Positions 27,015 to 36,646 of a stretch of DNA of 64,000 nucleotides are shown here, in pieces. Numbering within the stretch: the first letter of the stretch is position 1; each line of letters begins with the position of its first letter. This DNA comes from Nanobdellota archaeon. GTDB taxonomy: Archaea > Nanobdellota > Nanobdellia > Pacearchaeales > GW2011-AR1. The stretch covers positions 64,001 to 128,000 of the forward strand of contig JBBSXO010000003.1 in the NCBI GenBank assembly GCA_038045705.1. Direction: 5' to 3'. The notes under the pieces are model-generated. The model did no database searches and was not told the origin of the DNA. It was given only the letters and a program-made list of their open reading frames with translations. The position numbers and the translations under genes were made by a program.

Positions 27015-29003
27015 CTATCTAAGGTTGCTAATCAATCCAGATTTAGAAACAGGAATTTTAGACAGGACATTAGGTGATGTTAATTTATTAGAAAGTTTCT
27101 TATCATGAATAGTCCTTAATATCAGGATTAAAAGAATTAAGATCATGATAGAAATAACTGAAATAAGCAACCAATAGACTATATTTTTTAGAGAAGTATT
27201 AGAACTCGATTGGTCTCCGCCTATTTGTATTCCCCCAGTAGTTCCAGAAGTAGAATTAAATGAATTATTAGAACCAGTGGATCCTCCCGTCGATCCAGAA
27301 GAGCTTCCACTGCTAGAACCACTACCCGAACCAGATCCACTTCCAGAACTAGAACCTGAACCCGTAGTTGACCCAGTAGTATTAACAACTCTAAAGTTCA
27401 CAAAGCCAGTTATCCTAGTTCCATTAGAGAAATTAGCATATGCAATAAATGTATAATTTCCTAAAGCAAGCTGACTTTGAGAATAAGTAAAGTCTAAATT
27501 ATTTGTGGTGTTCATTGTAGTATTAGTACTTCCATTATTCAAACTGAATTTAACGCTCCCATTTACACTAAGATCCACATCAAATGTAACAGGAAATGAA
27601 GTTCCATAAGAATATTGATCATTACTATCTGGTTCATTAATAGTCATAGTTTGAGATGATTGTTGAGGTTGTGTTTGAACAGTCAGATTGCCAAATGTAT
27701 AATTAGTCCATCCAGTAACATTAAACATAATAGTCCCATTACTAAAATTAATAATACTACAAATATTTGAAAGACAAGGAACACCATCACGATAAATAGT
27801 TTGGTTAGTAATATTAATCGGTAAACCGGAAAAAGTAATCAAGGCAGACCTATTTAATCCAGGGTTTAAATTAGATTTAATCTCGGCATAATTAGGATTA
27901 ACTCTTATATGATCGCTCAAATTACTTCCAGAAGTGGATAACAGATTATTAAAGTTTATTTTAGTAAAGTTATTGATATCAGTATAAATTAAATGGGTAT
28001 TATTGAATCTATAAGAACCAATTGAGCTATTTTTTATTATAATAATATCATTTGTATATGTCGGAAAGTAAGGATCATTAAACTCTAAATCATAATATAT
28101 TTGACTACCATTAATAACATTTAATTGATTAATCTCAAAAAGACCTGTAACAAAGCCAATTATACCATTTTGATGAGGATTTATTATATCTGTCTTTGTA
28201 ATATAATTAGATTCACCTCCAACGGAGAATATTCCCACATAAATAGGTTCTAAAAATGAACTATTTTCAATTGTGTTCTGGCTCGAATACCATAGTGTCA
28301 ATGAATAATTAGTCAATTCAATAAAATTACGATTAAGATAATTATTCTGACTAGAAAGCAAATAAATTCCTTTAGAATTCAAAGAACTAGGATTTACAAT
28401 TGAATTTTCAACGACTACAGTATAATTAGAATTATCAAGATATATTCCATAAAGAGAATTAAATATTGAGTTACTAACGATCACACTATTCAAACTATTC
28501 TTCAAATTTATAGCGCTTTCAATAACATTAGAAATATAATTACCGTTTATTATAACTTGATTTCCAGTAGATATAATGGCATTACGAAGAATAGATTGAG
28601 AAGTACCACTTATGTTAAATCCAGTAACTGTAACACCTAGTCCAGTAATATTAATAGCATTAAAAACCAATCCATTTTCACCAATTATATTATTTAAATT
28701 CCCATTTACAAGAATATTAGTACCATTTATGAGAAGACAAGCTCCAAAAGTGTTTTGAGCAAATGAAGTTGTACTAAGGGTCTGATTAACAAAATAATAA
28801 GCATTGTTTTGACTCAAAACACCACAAGAGCTAACGTTTATCGCATTTACTGGAAAAGGCTGTAAAAGTAAATCTTGGTATTCTATTCTAAAAAGTAAAA
28901 CTAAAATCAAAAGAGAAACCATGCAAATAACAAGCATAGGCAAACTGTAGTACAAAGGTACTCTTGATAAAAAGTATTTTTTTTGAATCATAAAATTAGT
29001 CAA
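27015..29003 (-). CDS. surface protein: NosD/parallel beta-helix, Ig-like domain, Ser/Gly linker, C-terminal TM
   Basis: GIYL..NxIxN repeats, many N-x-S/T sequons, (GS)n linker. Confidence 0.8.
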   Translation of the reverse strand: MTNFMIQKKYFLSRVPLYYSLPMLVICMVSLLILVLLFRIEYQDLLLQPFPVNAINVSSCGVLSQNNAYYFVNQTLSTTSFAQNTFGACLLINGTNILVNGNLNNIIGENGLVFNAINITGLGVTVTGFNISGTSQSILRNAIISTGNQVIINGNYISNVIESAINLKNSLNSVIVSNSIFNSLYGIYLDNSNYTVVVENSIVNPSSLNSKGIYLLSSQNNYLNRNFIELTNYSLTLWYSSQNTIENSSFLEPIYVGIFSVGGESNYITKTDIINPHQNGIIGFVTGLFEINQLNVINGSQIYYDLEFNDPYFPTYTNDIIIIKNSSIGSYRFNNTHLIYTDINNFTKINFNNLLSTSGSNLSDHIRVNPNYAEIKSNLNPGLNRSALITFSGLPINITNQTIYRDGVPCLSNICSIINFSNGTIMFNVTGWTNYTFGNLTVQTQPQQSSQTMTINEPDSNDQYSYGTSFPVTFDVDLSVNGSVKFSLNNGSTNTTMNTTNNLDFTYSQSQLALGNYTFIAYANFSNGTRITGFVNFRVVNTTGSTTGSGSSSGSGSGSGSGSSSGSSSGSTGGSTGSNNSFNSTSGTTGGIQIGGDQSSSNTSLKNIVYWLLISVISIMILILLILILRTIHDKKLSNKLTSPNVLSKIPVSKSGLISNLR

Positions 29004-29040
29004 TCCTCACTTTATGCAAAAAGCAATTCAATTTATAAAC

Positions 29041-29088
29041 ATTGTCGGCGCAGTTCGGCGCTTCGCGCCTCACCCTCACAGAGACAAT
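29041..29088. repeat. GC-rich REP-like hairpin element
   Basis: ATTGTC...GACAAT termini enclosing GGCG-CTTCG-CGCC. Confidence 0.5.
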
Positions 29089-29115
29089 TTTTTTAGTATA
29101 TCAAAAAGCAAAAAA

Positions 29116-29748
29116 TCAAATTTCAAGAATCACACCTTCTCTTCCAACATTAAAGACTCTTGTCTTTCCAATTTTATCTTCCATCCCAAAAGTCTCATGG
29201 ATATGCCCATGCAAAAGCAAATCAGGCTTAAATTTTTTTACTGCCTTTGTAATCGAATCGCTTCCCTTAAAACCAGTTGCCTCTGAAATTCCACCAGAGG
29301 GATGCATGTGAGTAAGCATAACTTTTTTTTCAATCCCTTTAAGTCCTGAATGAGCCTTCTCTAATGTATTAAGTAATTCACGTTCAGAAATTCCAGATCT
29401 AGGACCAAGAGCAGTTGAAGCACTTCCAGCACCAAAAAACCCGACCCCTCCATAAACTGCACTATATCCATGAATATTAGTAACCCCATAAAGTTGAGCA
29501 AGAAAATCAGTTGTTGCAAATGAATCCCAGTTTCCAGGTAACAACAAAACTTTTTGGTTCTTATCTTTAAATGGCTTAATTAAGTCCTTACTCTCTCCAA
29601 ATCCAGTCAAATCTCCACATAAAACAACTAAATCTACATTTTCTTTTTCAGCGCGCAAAGCTAATTTTTTAGTAAGTCTACTATCTCCATGTAAATCAGA
29701 TGCAGCAAGTATCTTTATCTTCTTATTCACAAAAGACAATAAATTCAA
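29116..29748 (-). CDS. calcineurin-like metallophosphoesterase
   Basis: SDLHG, GDL, PGNWD, THMHP, HGHIHE. Confidence 0.92.
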   Translation of the reverse strand: MNLLSFVNKKIKILAASDLHGDSRLTKKLALRAEKENVDLVVLCGDLTGFGESKDLIKPFKDKNQKVLLLPGNWDSFATTDFLAQLYGVTNIHGYSAVYGGVGFFGAGSASTALGPRSGISERELLNTLEKAHSGLKGIEKKVMLTHMHPSGGISEATGFKGSDSITKAVKKFKPDLLLHGHIHETFGMEDKIGKTRVFNVGREGVILEI

Positions 29749-29887
29749 TAGAATATAAAATCTCCTAAGTAAGGTTCCTTAAAAAAAGTGAAACGTAATA
29801 ACTACTAAATAAGATAACAATCTAGCAGAAAGACTTAAAAGCGATATACTGGTTGGAATATAGAGGTTGTAAAAGATATATCATAAA

Positions 29888-30169
29888 ATGACACAAAAAC
29901 CAAAAGATAGTTTTGACGTTTTCTTCAGAAGAAAACCAGCCCTAATGCTAGTTTCACTTAAAAAATTAACAAGAGCAAGATATGGTTCTATTTTAGCTAA
30001 AGAAGTTGATTGTACATATAGCCATGCAGTTAAAATTTTACAGATGTTAGAAAAGCTAGAATTAGTTGTATTTGAAAAGAAAGGAAGAATAAAATTAATC
30101 AAATTAACGAAGAGAGGAGAAGAAGTGGCAAATAGCATAGATAATATTAAGAGAATAATTTCTGATTAA
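29888..30169 (+). CDS. winged-helix transcriptional regulator
   Basis: LAKEVDCTYSHAVKIL..GRIKLIKLTKRG. Confidence 0.85.
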   Translation: MTQKPKDSFDVFFRRKPALMLVSLKKLTRARYGSILAKEVDCTYSHAVKILQMLEKLELVVFEKKGRIKLIKLTKRGEEVANSIDNIKRIISD

Positions 30170-30242
30170 TCTTGTCAAAAATCAATCTGTATTATATTTT
30201 AAATCCAAACAAATTACGAAGGAGTTCTTACTGGATACAAAA

Positions 30243-30318
30243 TGGCCCCGAGGGGATTTGAACCCCCGACACCCGGCTTAAAAGGCCGGTGCTCTAAACC
30301 AGGCTGAGCTACGAGGCC
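30243..30318 (-). tRNA. tRNA-Lys(TTT)
   Basis: GGCCTCG/CGGGGCC, CCGGC-CT-TTT-AA-GCCGG, TTCAAAT. Confidence 0.96.
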
Positions 30319-30323
30319 GTAGC

Positions 30324-30394
30324 TTTTCATACTCCACGGCGAGAAAGTCCGCAGGTCTTAAGCCGAGGAACTTCGCAACAAGAGAGGATGAAAA
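30324..30394 (-). ncRNA. long imperfect hairpin between the promoter and tRNA-Lys (structured leader or co-transcribed RNA)
   Basis: TTTTCAT/ATGAAAA closing stem with inner GC pairs; nearest TTTAAA at 30423-30428. Confidence 0.4.
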
Positions 30395-30440
30395 TCTCTG
30401 ATTTCCAAAACAAAAGACGATTTTTAAACGTTAGCAATAT

Positions 30441-30536
30441 CAAAAAATTGATGCACCACAAACTAAAGTGTGTGTTTTTAATTGGTGCTAGATTTTTGGA
30501 TGCTCACGATGTCAAGAGACATTGAGACACAAAAAG
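30441..30536. repeat. two tandem imperfect palindromes downstream of tfs
   Basis: GCACCA...TGGTGC; TTTTTG..CTCA..ATGTC-AAGA-GACAT-TGAG..CAAAAA. Confidence 0.5.
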
Positions 30537-30538
30537 AA

Positions 30539-30859
30539 TTATCTGTAAACTCTCCAAGTATGCTCACATTTTACACACTTGTAAAATTTAGTCTCTGGTT
30601 CATCAGAAGAACGTGTCTGCATTGTCCAAAAGTAAGCTTCTTTATATTTACAAGAAGGACATTTGATCTCAACAACAGGATAAGTATTCAAATCAGCCTC
30701 ATTAACAACAGCAACTCTTTCAGGCACAGCCATTTTCTCAGAAGCCTGTAACTTCAGTTTTCCCTTGTGACGATAGCCACATTTAGCGCAAGAAGGAGCT
30801 TTATCGCCTTCAATAAGCAATATTCCCCCGCATTTTGAACAAAATTCCATAACACTCAA
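30539..30859 (-). CDS. tfs: transcription elongation factor S
   Basis: Two zinc ribbons and QTRSSDEP. Confidence 0.96.
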   Translation of the reverse strand: MSVMEFCSKCGGILLIEGDKAPSCAKCGYRHKGKLKLQASEKMAVPERVAVVNEADLNTYPVVEIKCPSCKYKEAYFWTMQTRSSDEPETKFYKCVKCEHTWRVYR

Positions 30860-30991
30860 AAGTTAAGATTGGATAGGTTAAAAGTATATTAATGTTTCGG
30901 TTTCTAAAAGATTAATAGATTAAAGCACATTGTAAAGATTATTGCACCCCTATCTCGAGCATTACTTATTTCTTTAACAACTTCTTCTACC

Positions 30992-31564
30992 TTATTTACA
31001 GAACCCTCTCTGATCACTTGGTCTTGCAGCTTCAAAGAAAATTAGTTTTATCCATCCTAAACCAGGAACTCTGCCAATAGCCTTTCCAACAAATTGATCT
31101 TGTTCTATACTTAACTCTCCAGGTAACTGCGCAAAATTATTATCTCCTTTAGTGTCATAAGGATCCACTCTTACAATTCTATGAATCAAAGGATACCTAT
31201 ATTGTGAGTTAAATATTAAAATATCTCCCTTATCATAGCTTCCACGACCAGAAACTAGAACAATATCTCCCTTGTTTAATCCACTTTTAAATTTCAGATT
31301 ACTAAAATCCTCTTTAGTTATTCCGTGCTCTTCATACCAGATTCCATTTCTTAACCACCAAGATTCAAAATCATCTTGATGATACATAGAACAACTTTCA
31401 ACAACTACAAGTGGCAATGGTGTAGCGAAAGTCCAACTAAGAAATGGGAAAAAAATAAATTTTATCAAAATAAAAGCAAGAACTAAAGAAACTATCCAAG
31501 ACTGCCAAGTATCTTTTTTAAGAAAGACCCAAAACTTTTTAAGACTACTAAAAATCTTATTCAC
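30992..31564 (-). CDS. signal peptidase I (S26, Ser-His type)
   Basis: VVVESCSM, KGDIV, IHRIV, TKGDNN. Confidence 0.9.
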   Translation of the reverse strand: MNKIFSSLKKFWVFLKKDTWQSWIVSLVLAFILIKFIFFPFLSWTFATPLPLVVVESCSMYHQDDFESWWLRNGIWYEEHGITKEDFSNLKFKSGLNKGDIVLVSGRGSYDKGDILIFNSQYRYPLIHRIVRVDPYDTKGDNNFAQLPGELSIEQDQFVGKAIGRVPGLGWIKLIFFEAARPSDQRGFCK

Positions 31565-31630
31565 GAAAGATAAAACAATCTCATATTTAAAAATCTATTT
31601 TACTTCAAAGATCATACAAATATTTAAATA

Positions 31631-31652
31631 GTATATCCCTATTAGGATATAC
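31631..31652 (+). promoter_or_regulatory. perfect 8-bp inverted repeat operator
   Basis: GTATATCC-N6-GGATATAC directly after TTTAAATA (31623-31630). Confidence 0.65.
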
Positions 31653-31665
31653 ATAAAAGATACAC

Positions 31666-32097
31666 ATGATAGATATATTTGACAACACAATACTTTGCAG
31701 GAAATGCGATAGAAAAATGGAAAAAACTATTGTAACTAAAAACGGATTAGAGCTTAGAGCAGTAGTATGTAAAAATTGTAAAGATCAAATAATTCACCCA
31801 GCAGACTTAAACAGTATGCAAAATTTTAACAGCTTAAAAGATAAGACTTACAATGTTAAGCTAAGAGTTATAGGAAATAGTCATGCAATAAGTATTCCCA
31901 AAGAAATAGTAGAATTTATACAACATCAAAAAAATCTTGAATTTGGTTTTCTAGATGCTAGAAGCGTTTCTAAAGAAGATAGTTTTAAAACACTTCAAAA
32001 TCAAGAAAAAATGATGGATAACATGGTAAGACTATGCTTTGAAGACATGCACAAGCTAAGCCTAAGATTTGGACAAGAAAGGGAGGAAAATTGGTAA
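31666..32097 (+). CDS. zinc-ribbon plus AbrB-like DNA-binding protein
   Basis: Two CxxC pairs; KLRVIGNSHAISIPKEIV; abuts cdc48. Confidence 0.8.
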   Translation: MIDIFDNTILCRKCDRKMEKTIVTKNGLELRAVVCKNCKDQIIHPADLNSMQNFNSLKDKTYNVKLRVIGNSHAISIPKEIVEFIQHQKNLEFGFLDARSVSKEDSFKTLQNQEKMMDNMVRLCFEDMHKLSLRFGQEREENW

Positions 32098-34509
32098 ATG
32101 CCTGAACAACCAAAATTAATCAAATTAAAAGTTTTAGAAGCATTACAGGACGATGCCTATAAAGGAATTGCTAGAATAGACACTGAAGTAATGCGTGCTC
32201 TTGGTTTAAACAGAGGAGACATAGTTTCAATTCAAGGTGAAAGAGAAACAGTTGCAATAATAGACCGTTCATATCCTGCAGATATAGGAGAAGGAATAAT
32301 AAGAATAGACGGTCTAACAAGAAAAAACGCTAAAACGGGAATAGGTGAAAAAGTTTCTATAAAAAAAGCTAACATAAAGGTAGCTAAAAAAGTAACTATA
32401 GCTCCTGCACAACAAGGTATAATGGTTCAAGGAGATCCAGAAGCATTCAAGTCAGGGCTTTTAGGAAGAGCAGTTGAAAAAGGAGATTTAGTTTCATTAG
32501 GTGGGACTCAAAGAAGAAGAGATTTAATGCAAGATATGCAAGAAGCATTTGAAGATTTAAATGATTTATTTAACAGAGGTTTAGGTGGGATGGGTTTCCA
32601 AAATATAAGATTTAAAATAGTGTCCACTAATCCAGCTCAAGCAGTAATAATAACTGAAGAAACAGAACTAGCAATACATCCAAAAGCAACAAATGTAGAA
32701 GAAGAAACAATACCTGAAGTAAACTACGAAGACATTGGAGGCTTAAGTGAAGAAATAAGAAAAATAAGAGAGATGGTAGAACTCCCGCTAAAACATCCAG
32801 AAGTATTTGATAGATTAGGGATAGAACCTCCAAAAGGAATTCTATTATATGGACCTCCTGGAACAGGTAAGACTCTTTTAGCAAAAGCAGTTGCAACCGA
32901 GTCAGAAGCTAATTTTATTTTACTTAATGGTCCTGAAATCATGTCAAAGTTTTATGGAGAGTCAGAAAAGAAAATAAGAGATTTATTTGAAGAAGCGGAA
33001 AAGAATGCACCATCCATAATTTTCGTTGATGAAATAGATGCAATAGCTCCTAAAAGAGAAGAAACTCAAGGAGAGGTAGAACGCAGAGTTGTTTCACAAT
33101 TATTAACTATGATGGATGGTCTAAATTCAAGAGGCAAAGTAATAGTAATAGGTGCAACAAATAGAATTAACTCAATAGATCCTGCATTGAGACGTCCAGG
33201 AAGGTTTGACAGAGAATTAGAAATTTCAGTACCTGATAAAAAAGGTAGATTAAACATTCTAAAAATTCACACAAGAGCAATGCCTATGAAAAAAGATGTT
33301 AATTTAGAAGAACTAGCAGCAAAAACTCATGGATTTGTAGGCGCAGATTTGGAATCTTTGGCAAAAGAAGCTGCAATGTCAGTATTAAGAAAGGCTTTAC
33401 CAGATTTAAATTTAGATGAAGATAAAGAAATTCCTCAAGAAGCTCTTGAGAAAATGATTATAGGAAAAGAAGACTTTGAAGCAGCCCTGAAAGTCGTTCG
33501 TCCTAGTGCTATGAGAGAAGTTTTAGTAGAAACTCCAAATGTAAAATGGGATGATATAGGTGGATTAAATAATATAAAACAAGAATTGCGAGAAGCAGTT
33601 GAATGGCCACTAAAACATAGAGAAAGTTTTGAAAGACTCGGAATTAGTCCTCCAAGAGGAATTCTATTATATGGACCTCCTGGAACAGGTAAGACTCTTT
33701 TAGCAAAAGCAGTTGCAAAAGAATCAGAAGCAAACTTCATCAATATCAAAGGTCCAAGTCTTTTAAGCATGTGGGTCGGTAAATCGGAAGAAGGAGTAAG
33801 AAAAGTATTTGAAAGAGCCAGACAAGTTTCTCCATGCGTAATTTTCTTTGATGAAATAGATGCATTAGCAGGAAAAAGAGGAATGGAAATGGGTTCAAAA
33901 GTAACTGAAAGAGTTCTAAATCAAATGCTTGCAGAAATGGATGGTATTGAAGATTTGAAGAATGTTGTAGTGATTGGAGCAACCAATCGTCCAGATATGT
34001 TAGATGCAGCGCTAATGAGACCAGGTAGATTCGATAGAATCCTTCTAGTAGATATTCCAGATCAAAAAAGCCGTGAAAAAATATTAGATATTCATACACA
34101 AAAGATGCCTATAGTTCCTACAAAAGAAGAAATAAAAGAAATAGAAAAATATTTCGGAAAAGAAGCAAGCTTCAATCACATATCAAACCCTCAAGATAAC
34201 AAAAAAGATGAAATTGTAAATATACAAGACTTATCAGATAGAGATAAATTAATCCATTACTTAGTCAAAAAAACAGAAGGATTTGTTGGAGCAGACATTG
34301 AAAGTTTCGTAAGAGAAGCAGCAATAATAGCACTAAGGAAGAATATTCAAACAAAAATAGTAACAGTTACAGATTTTGATGAAGCTCTTGCAAAAGTAAA
34401 ACCTTCTGTATCTGAAGACACAGCAAAACGTTATAAAAAAATAGAAGAACATTATTTGAAGAAGGCAAAGATTGGAGGCCTAGACCTCGGGCCATTGTAT
34501 GCTAGTTAA
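32098..34509 (+). CDS. cdc48: Cdc48/VAT AAA+ ATPase
   Basis: N domain plus two [18 protein letters not shown] modules. Confidence 0.97.
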   Translation: MPEQPKLIKLKVLEALQDDAYKGIARIDTEVMRALGLNRGDIVSIQGERETVAIIDRSYPADIGEGIIRIDGLTRKNAKTGIGEKVSIKKANIKVAKKVTIAPAQQGIMVQGDPEAFKSGLLGRAVEKGDLVSLGGTQRRRDLMQDMQEAFEDLNDLFNRGLGGMGFQNIRFKIVSTNPAQAVIITEETELAIHPKATNVEEETIPEVNYEDIGGLSEEIRKIREMVELPLKHPEVFDRLGIEPPKGILLYGPPGTGKTLLAKAVATESEANFILLNGPEIMSKFYGESEKKIRDLFEEAEKNAPSIIFVDEIDAIAPKREETQGEVERRVVSQLLTMMDGLNSRGKVIVIGATNRINSIDPALRRPGRFDRELEISVPDKKGRLNILKIHTRAMPMKKDVNLEELAAKTHGFVGADLESLAKEAAMSVLRKALPDLNLDEDKEIPQEALEKMIIGKEDFEAALKVVRPSAMREVLVETPNVKWDDIGGLNNIKQELREAVEWPLKHRESFERLGISPPRGILLYGPPGTGKTLLAKAVAKESEANFINIKGPSLLSMWVGKSEEGVRKVFERARQVSPCVIFFDEIDALAGKRGMEMGSKVTERVLNQMLAEMDGIEDLKNVVVIGATNRPDMLDAALMRPGRFDRILLVDIPDQKSREKILDIHTQKMPIVPTKEEIKEIEKYFGKEASFNHISNPQDNKKDEIVNIQDLSDRDKLIHYLVKKTEGFVGADIESFVREAAIIALRKNIQTKIVTVTDFDEALAKVKPSVSEDTAKRYKKIEEHYLKKAKIGGLDLGPLYAS
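32835..33718 (+). repeat. 62-nt perfect intragenic repeat (32835-32896 = 33657-33718)
   Basis: AGGAATTCTATTATATGGACCTCCTGGAACAGGTAAGACTCTTTTAGCAAAAGCAGTTGCAA occurs twice. Confidence 0.92.
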
Positions 34510-34558
34510 GAATGCAAATCTTTATATAAAATATAAATTAAGTAATATTATAGTTAAT

Positions 34559-34798
34559 ATGGCTCAAAGAACAAGATATTCATGTAGATGGGCACTAGCA
34601 CCTTTTCAACCGTTAGGATTAGATGAATGGAGAAATTCCCCTCCATCACAAAACCCAAGAGTTGAAAATGAACCAGAACGAAATGAAAGAGTACTACCTG
34701 TAGAAAAAATTAGATACGAAACAAGATTAATGACTTTTAAAGAACTTTTAATGATCCCATTTAGTGATACTTATGTTGATCCTAAGTATAGAAAATAA
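34559..34798 (+). CDS. hypothetical protein (start MAQR)
   Basis: TTTATATA upstream; fills the gap between genes. Confidence 0.5.
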   Translation: MAQRTRYSCRWALAPFQPLGLDEWRNSPPSQNPRVENEPERNERVLPVEKIRYETRLMTFKELLMIPFSDTYVDPKYRK

Positions 34799-34799
34799 T

Positions 34800-35693
34800 T
34801 TATTCCCTCGTAGTCACAAACTTCTCACCACTATCCAAAAGAAGAACTGTATGTTCAGCTTGTGCAACTTTTCCACCTGAAACTTCTACAAGTTGAGGAT
34901 ATTGATACAACACTCCTGCTTGTTCTAATTGTCTTAAAGCAAGCATACCACGGGTACCAAACTTTTTATGAACCCATCTAGAAGCAAATGGCAATGTTTT
35001 GTATTCATCTGCAATCCAATTCAAGACTTCACGAGCAAATCTGTCTCTAACAGGAACATCTGCATCTATTCTAAATATTCCTGACTTCCCACCATCACGA
35101 ACCCTACCATGCCCATTAGTAGCAAATGGTTCTGTAGCATAAAGTCCTTCCTCAAGTTCATCTGTCTGGCCAGAATCATAATTAGGGACAGTCCAACCAG
35201 CATGAACCACAAATCTTTCAATACTATGTCCAGACAAGTTTGCAATTGAAGTAAATCCAAACTTAGAAATTGCTTCACTAATTTTGCCACCAATTTCAGT
35301 TAACTTCCTACCAACAGCAAATTCTGAAACAGAAGTATTAACAGCACTCTCTGCAGCCTCAATTAGTTTTTTATTAATTTCAGAATTATCAAGGTCAACA
35401 CTAAAAGCTGTATCTGCAATATAGCCATCAACAGAAATTCCAATATCAACCTTCAAAAGACCGTGAGCAACAAAATCATCTCCAACAGAAGGAGTATAAT
35501 GAGCAGCAATTTCATTTATACTCAAATTAACAGGAAAAGCAGGTTTTGCACCAATAATATGAATCTTATCATCGATAAGAGTGGCTATCTCAAATAAACT
35601 CTTTCCCTTAACAACTATCTCTCTAGCATATCTTCTCAATTCTTGAGCAATTTTACCTGCCTTCAAGATTTTATCAATAACAGTTTTATCCAT
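34800..35693 (-). CDS. map: type II methionine aminopeptidase
   Basis: AFPVN, AAHYTP, KVDIG..DGYIAD, GHSI, EPF, QAEHT. Confidence 0.96.
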   Translation of the reverse strand: MDKTVIDKILKAGKIAQELRRYAREIVVKGKSLFEIATLIDDKIHIIGAKPAFPVNLSINEIAAHYTPSVGDDFVAHGLLKVDIGISVDGYIADTAFSVDLDNSEINKKLIEAAESAVNTSVSEFAVGRKLTEIGGKISEAISKFGFTSIANLSGHSIERFVVHAGWTVPNYDSGQTDELEEGLYATEPFATNGHGRVRDGGKSGIFRIDADVPVRDRFAREVLNWIADEYKTLPFASRWVHKKFGTRGMLALRQLEQAGVLYQYPQLVEVSGGKVAQAEHTVLLLDSGEKFVTTRE

Positions 35694-35759
35694 AATTCAA
35701 ATTAAAAATCGTCCTTTATAGAATTAACTCTTGCCAAGCCTTGCAAGTTAAAATAATAT

Positions 35760-36218
35760 TTAACTCCCTCTTCTAATTCTTCTTTCTTTTGGAACAAAAT
35801 TAATTAAATGTTTCCCATTCGAAATAGCACATCCAAAGGCATCATCTTCATGTTTAATAACATAAATTCCTCTTTCAACAGAAACATCTAAATTATGTCC
35901 AGTCATCCATTTTTCAAGTTGCTTTTCATCAATAGAAACAAAACCTTTAACAATTTGATCTTTCAAAAGCAAAGCACCATCAAAACCAAGACGCAAATAT
36001 CCAAGTTCATGTTTGAATAAATACAAACCAAGAAATTCAATATTAGTTAGTCTATCAAGCGTATACAATTCATCAATTGTTAAATCTCCAGAAAAACCTC
36101 TTATTTTTTCCCTACCAGTTTCAAAAAGAATTTTAGGAATTTCAGTAACTCCAAATTTTTCATTAAGCTTCACTAATAATTCTTTTCTTTGTTTGGTATT
36201 GTAAAATTCAACTTTCAT
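35760..36218 (-). CDS. PUA-like RNA-binding partner of the NOP2/RsmF methyltransferase
   Basis: GLYL..LRL, WMTG.L, YVIK..DAFGC, NFVPKERR. Confidence 0.75.
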   Translation of the reverse strand: MKVEFYNTKQRKELLVKLNEKFGVTEIPKILFETGREKIRGFSGDLTIDELYTLDRLTNIEFLGLYLFKHELGYLRLGFDGALLLKDQIVKGFVSIDEKQLEKWMTGHNLDVSVERGIYVIKHEDDAFGCAISNGKHLINFVPKERRIRRGS

Positions 36219-36646
36219 TTTTCACCTTTAAACCTAAAGTATTTATTAACAATATCTTTATGCGTAAAAGCTAAATCCATTTTTGCAATCTCTTTTCGTG
36301 AAAACCATCCATGCTCTGTAACTTCCCAATTTGTTTTTATTTTACCTATTGCTTTAACTTCAAAAACAAAAACATTTGCATGCAAATTCAATCTCTCAAC
36401 AATTTCCTCATGAACAAAAAACAATTTAGTTTTCTCAGATTTTAGTCCAACTTCCTCCATTACCTCGCGTTTGACTGCATTTTCTGCTCTTTCCCATTTA
36501 TTAATACCTCCTCCAGGCAAACACCATTTACCACCCTCGGCAAGTAAACCAGACCTTTTAGTCAGAAGTATCTTATTATTCTTAATAATAATTGCAGCAA
36601 CAGCAGATTGAATTCCAAGTAAATGGATTATGAATCTTTTGATCAT
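36215..36646 (-). CDS. NUDIX hydrolase
   Basis: GGGINKWERAENAVKREVMEEVG Nudix box. Confidence 0.92.
   Translation of the reverse strand: MIKRFIIHLLGIQSAVAAIIIKNNKILLTKRSGLLAEGGKWCLPGGGINKWERAENAVKREVMEEVGLKSEKTKLFFVHEEIVERLNLHANVFVFEVKAIGKIKTNWEVTEHGWFSRKEIAKMDLAFTHKDIVNKYFRFKGEK

Noticed and set aside
27240-27380. Repetitive DNA as a tandem repeat or CRISPR array
   Set aside because: Encodes a Gly/Ser linker; no repeat-spacer periodicity was seen anywhere in the window
29014-29311. Plus-strand ORFs 29014-29286 and 29042-29311
   Set aside because: They overlap the metallophosphoesterase antisense and run through the REP-like hairpin
30339-30352. GAGAAAGTCC resembling the RNase P RNA GAGGAAAGUCC motif
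   Set aside because: The region is only about 70 nt, and the 3' P4 partner motif is not present on the same strand
32835-33718. DGR template/variable repeat pair
   Set aside because: No adenine-specific mismatches within the repeat, both copies are conserved coding P-loops, and no reverse transcriptase is present
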